64,000 bases of DNA from Pavona decussata (Eukaryota), in contig CDRNST010000257.1 in the NCBI GenBank assembly GCA_977016875.1, positions 496,001-560,000 on the forward strand. The letters are read 5' to 3'. The position numbers were made by a program, and so were the translations under genes. Below the pieces are notes generated by a model. That model had not been told where the DNA came from, ran no database searches, and was given only the letters and a program-made list of their open reading frames with translations. Below are positions 63,768 through 64,000 of this stretch, piece by piece. Position 1 is the first letter of the stretch. Every line of letters starts with the position of its first letter.

Positions 63768-64000
63768 TTAACATATCAAACTTTTTAAAAGTATCTGGAG
63801 GTATGTAGAGGTATGTGGTTGGTTGAATACAACTGCAGTGTACTACCTGTATATAGTGTCATAATCAACTTAAGTTTTAAATGTTACTATAAAATTATGA
63901 ATCAGAGAAGCAAGAACCCTTGACATCCTGACAACGTATTGTCTGCTGATAAAAGCTCTTTTGTCTTCTATTGTTGTTATTGTCCTCAAGAAGGAGAAAA

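Overview
Eukaryotic (animal) genomic DNA with GT-AG introns. Gene content and repeat families suggest a cnidarian, probably a stony coral (inference). Three protein-coding genes lie on the minus strand: a complete 7-exon PEA3-family ETS factor (ETV1/4/5-like, 5864-16768), a 2-exon sclerostin/SOSTDC1-like cystine-knot antagonist (43260-43989), and the last 18 coding exons of cullin-1 (49025-62397; 5' end outside the window). Between ETV and SOST is a tandem array (~1.43-kb unit) of tRNA-Arg(ACG)/tRNA-Arg(TCG) genes plus decayed tRNA copies, wedged between two collinear pieces of a LINE. The rest holds many TEs: a Penelope-like fragment with a hammerhead motif, an RTE LINE, a hAT deletion derivative, TTAA-flanked elements (one a 1.6-kb foldback), tRNA-derived short elements and MITEs. 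There is also a 2.3-kb composite palindrome. Highlights: ETV-SOST order and orientation match the vertebrate ETV4-MEOX1-SOST and ETV1-MEOX2-SOSTDC1 blocks; the tRNA-Arg array sits inside a LINE; the SOST-like protein lacks the NxI LRP6-binding motif. All coordinates were read by eye and may be off by a few bases.
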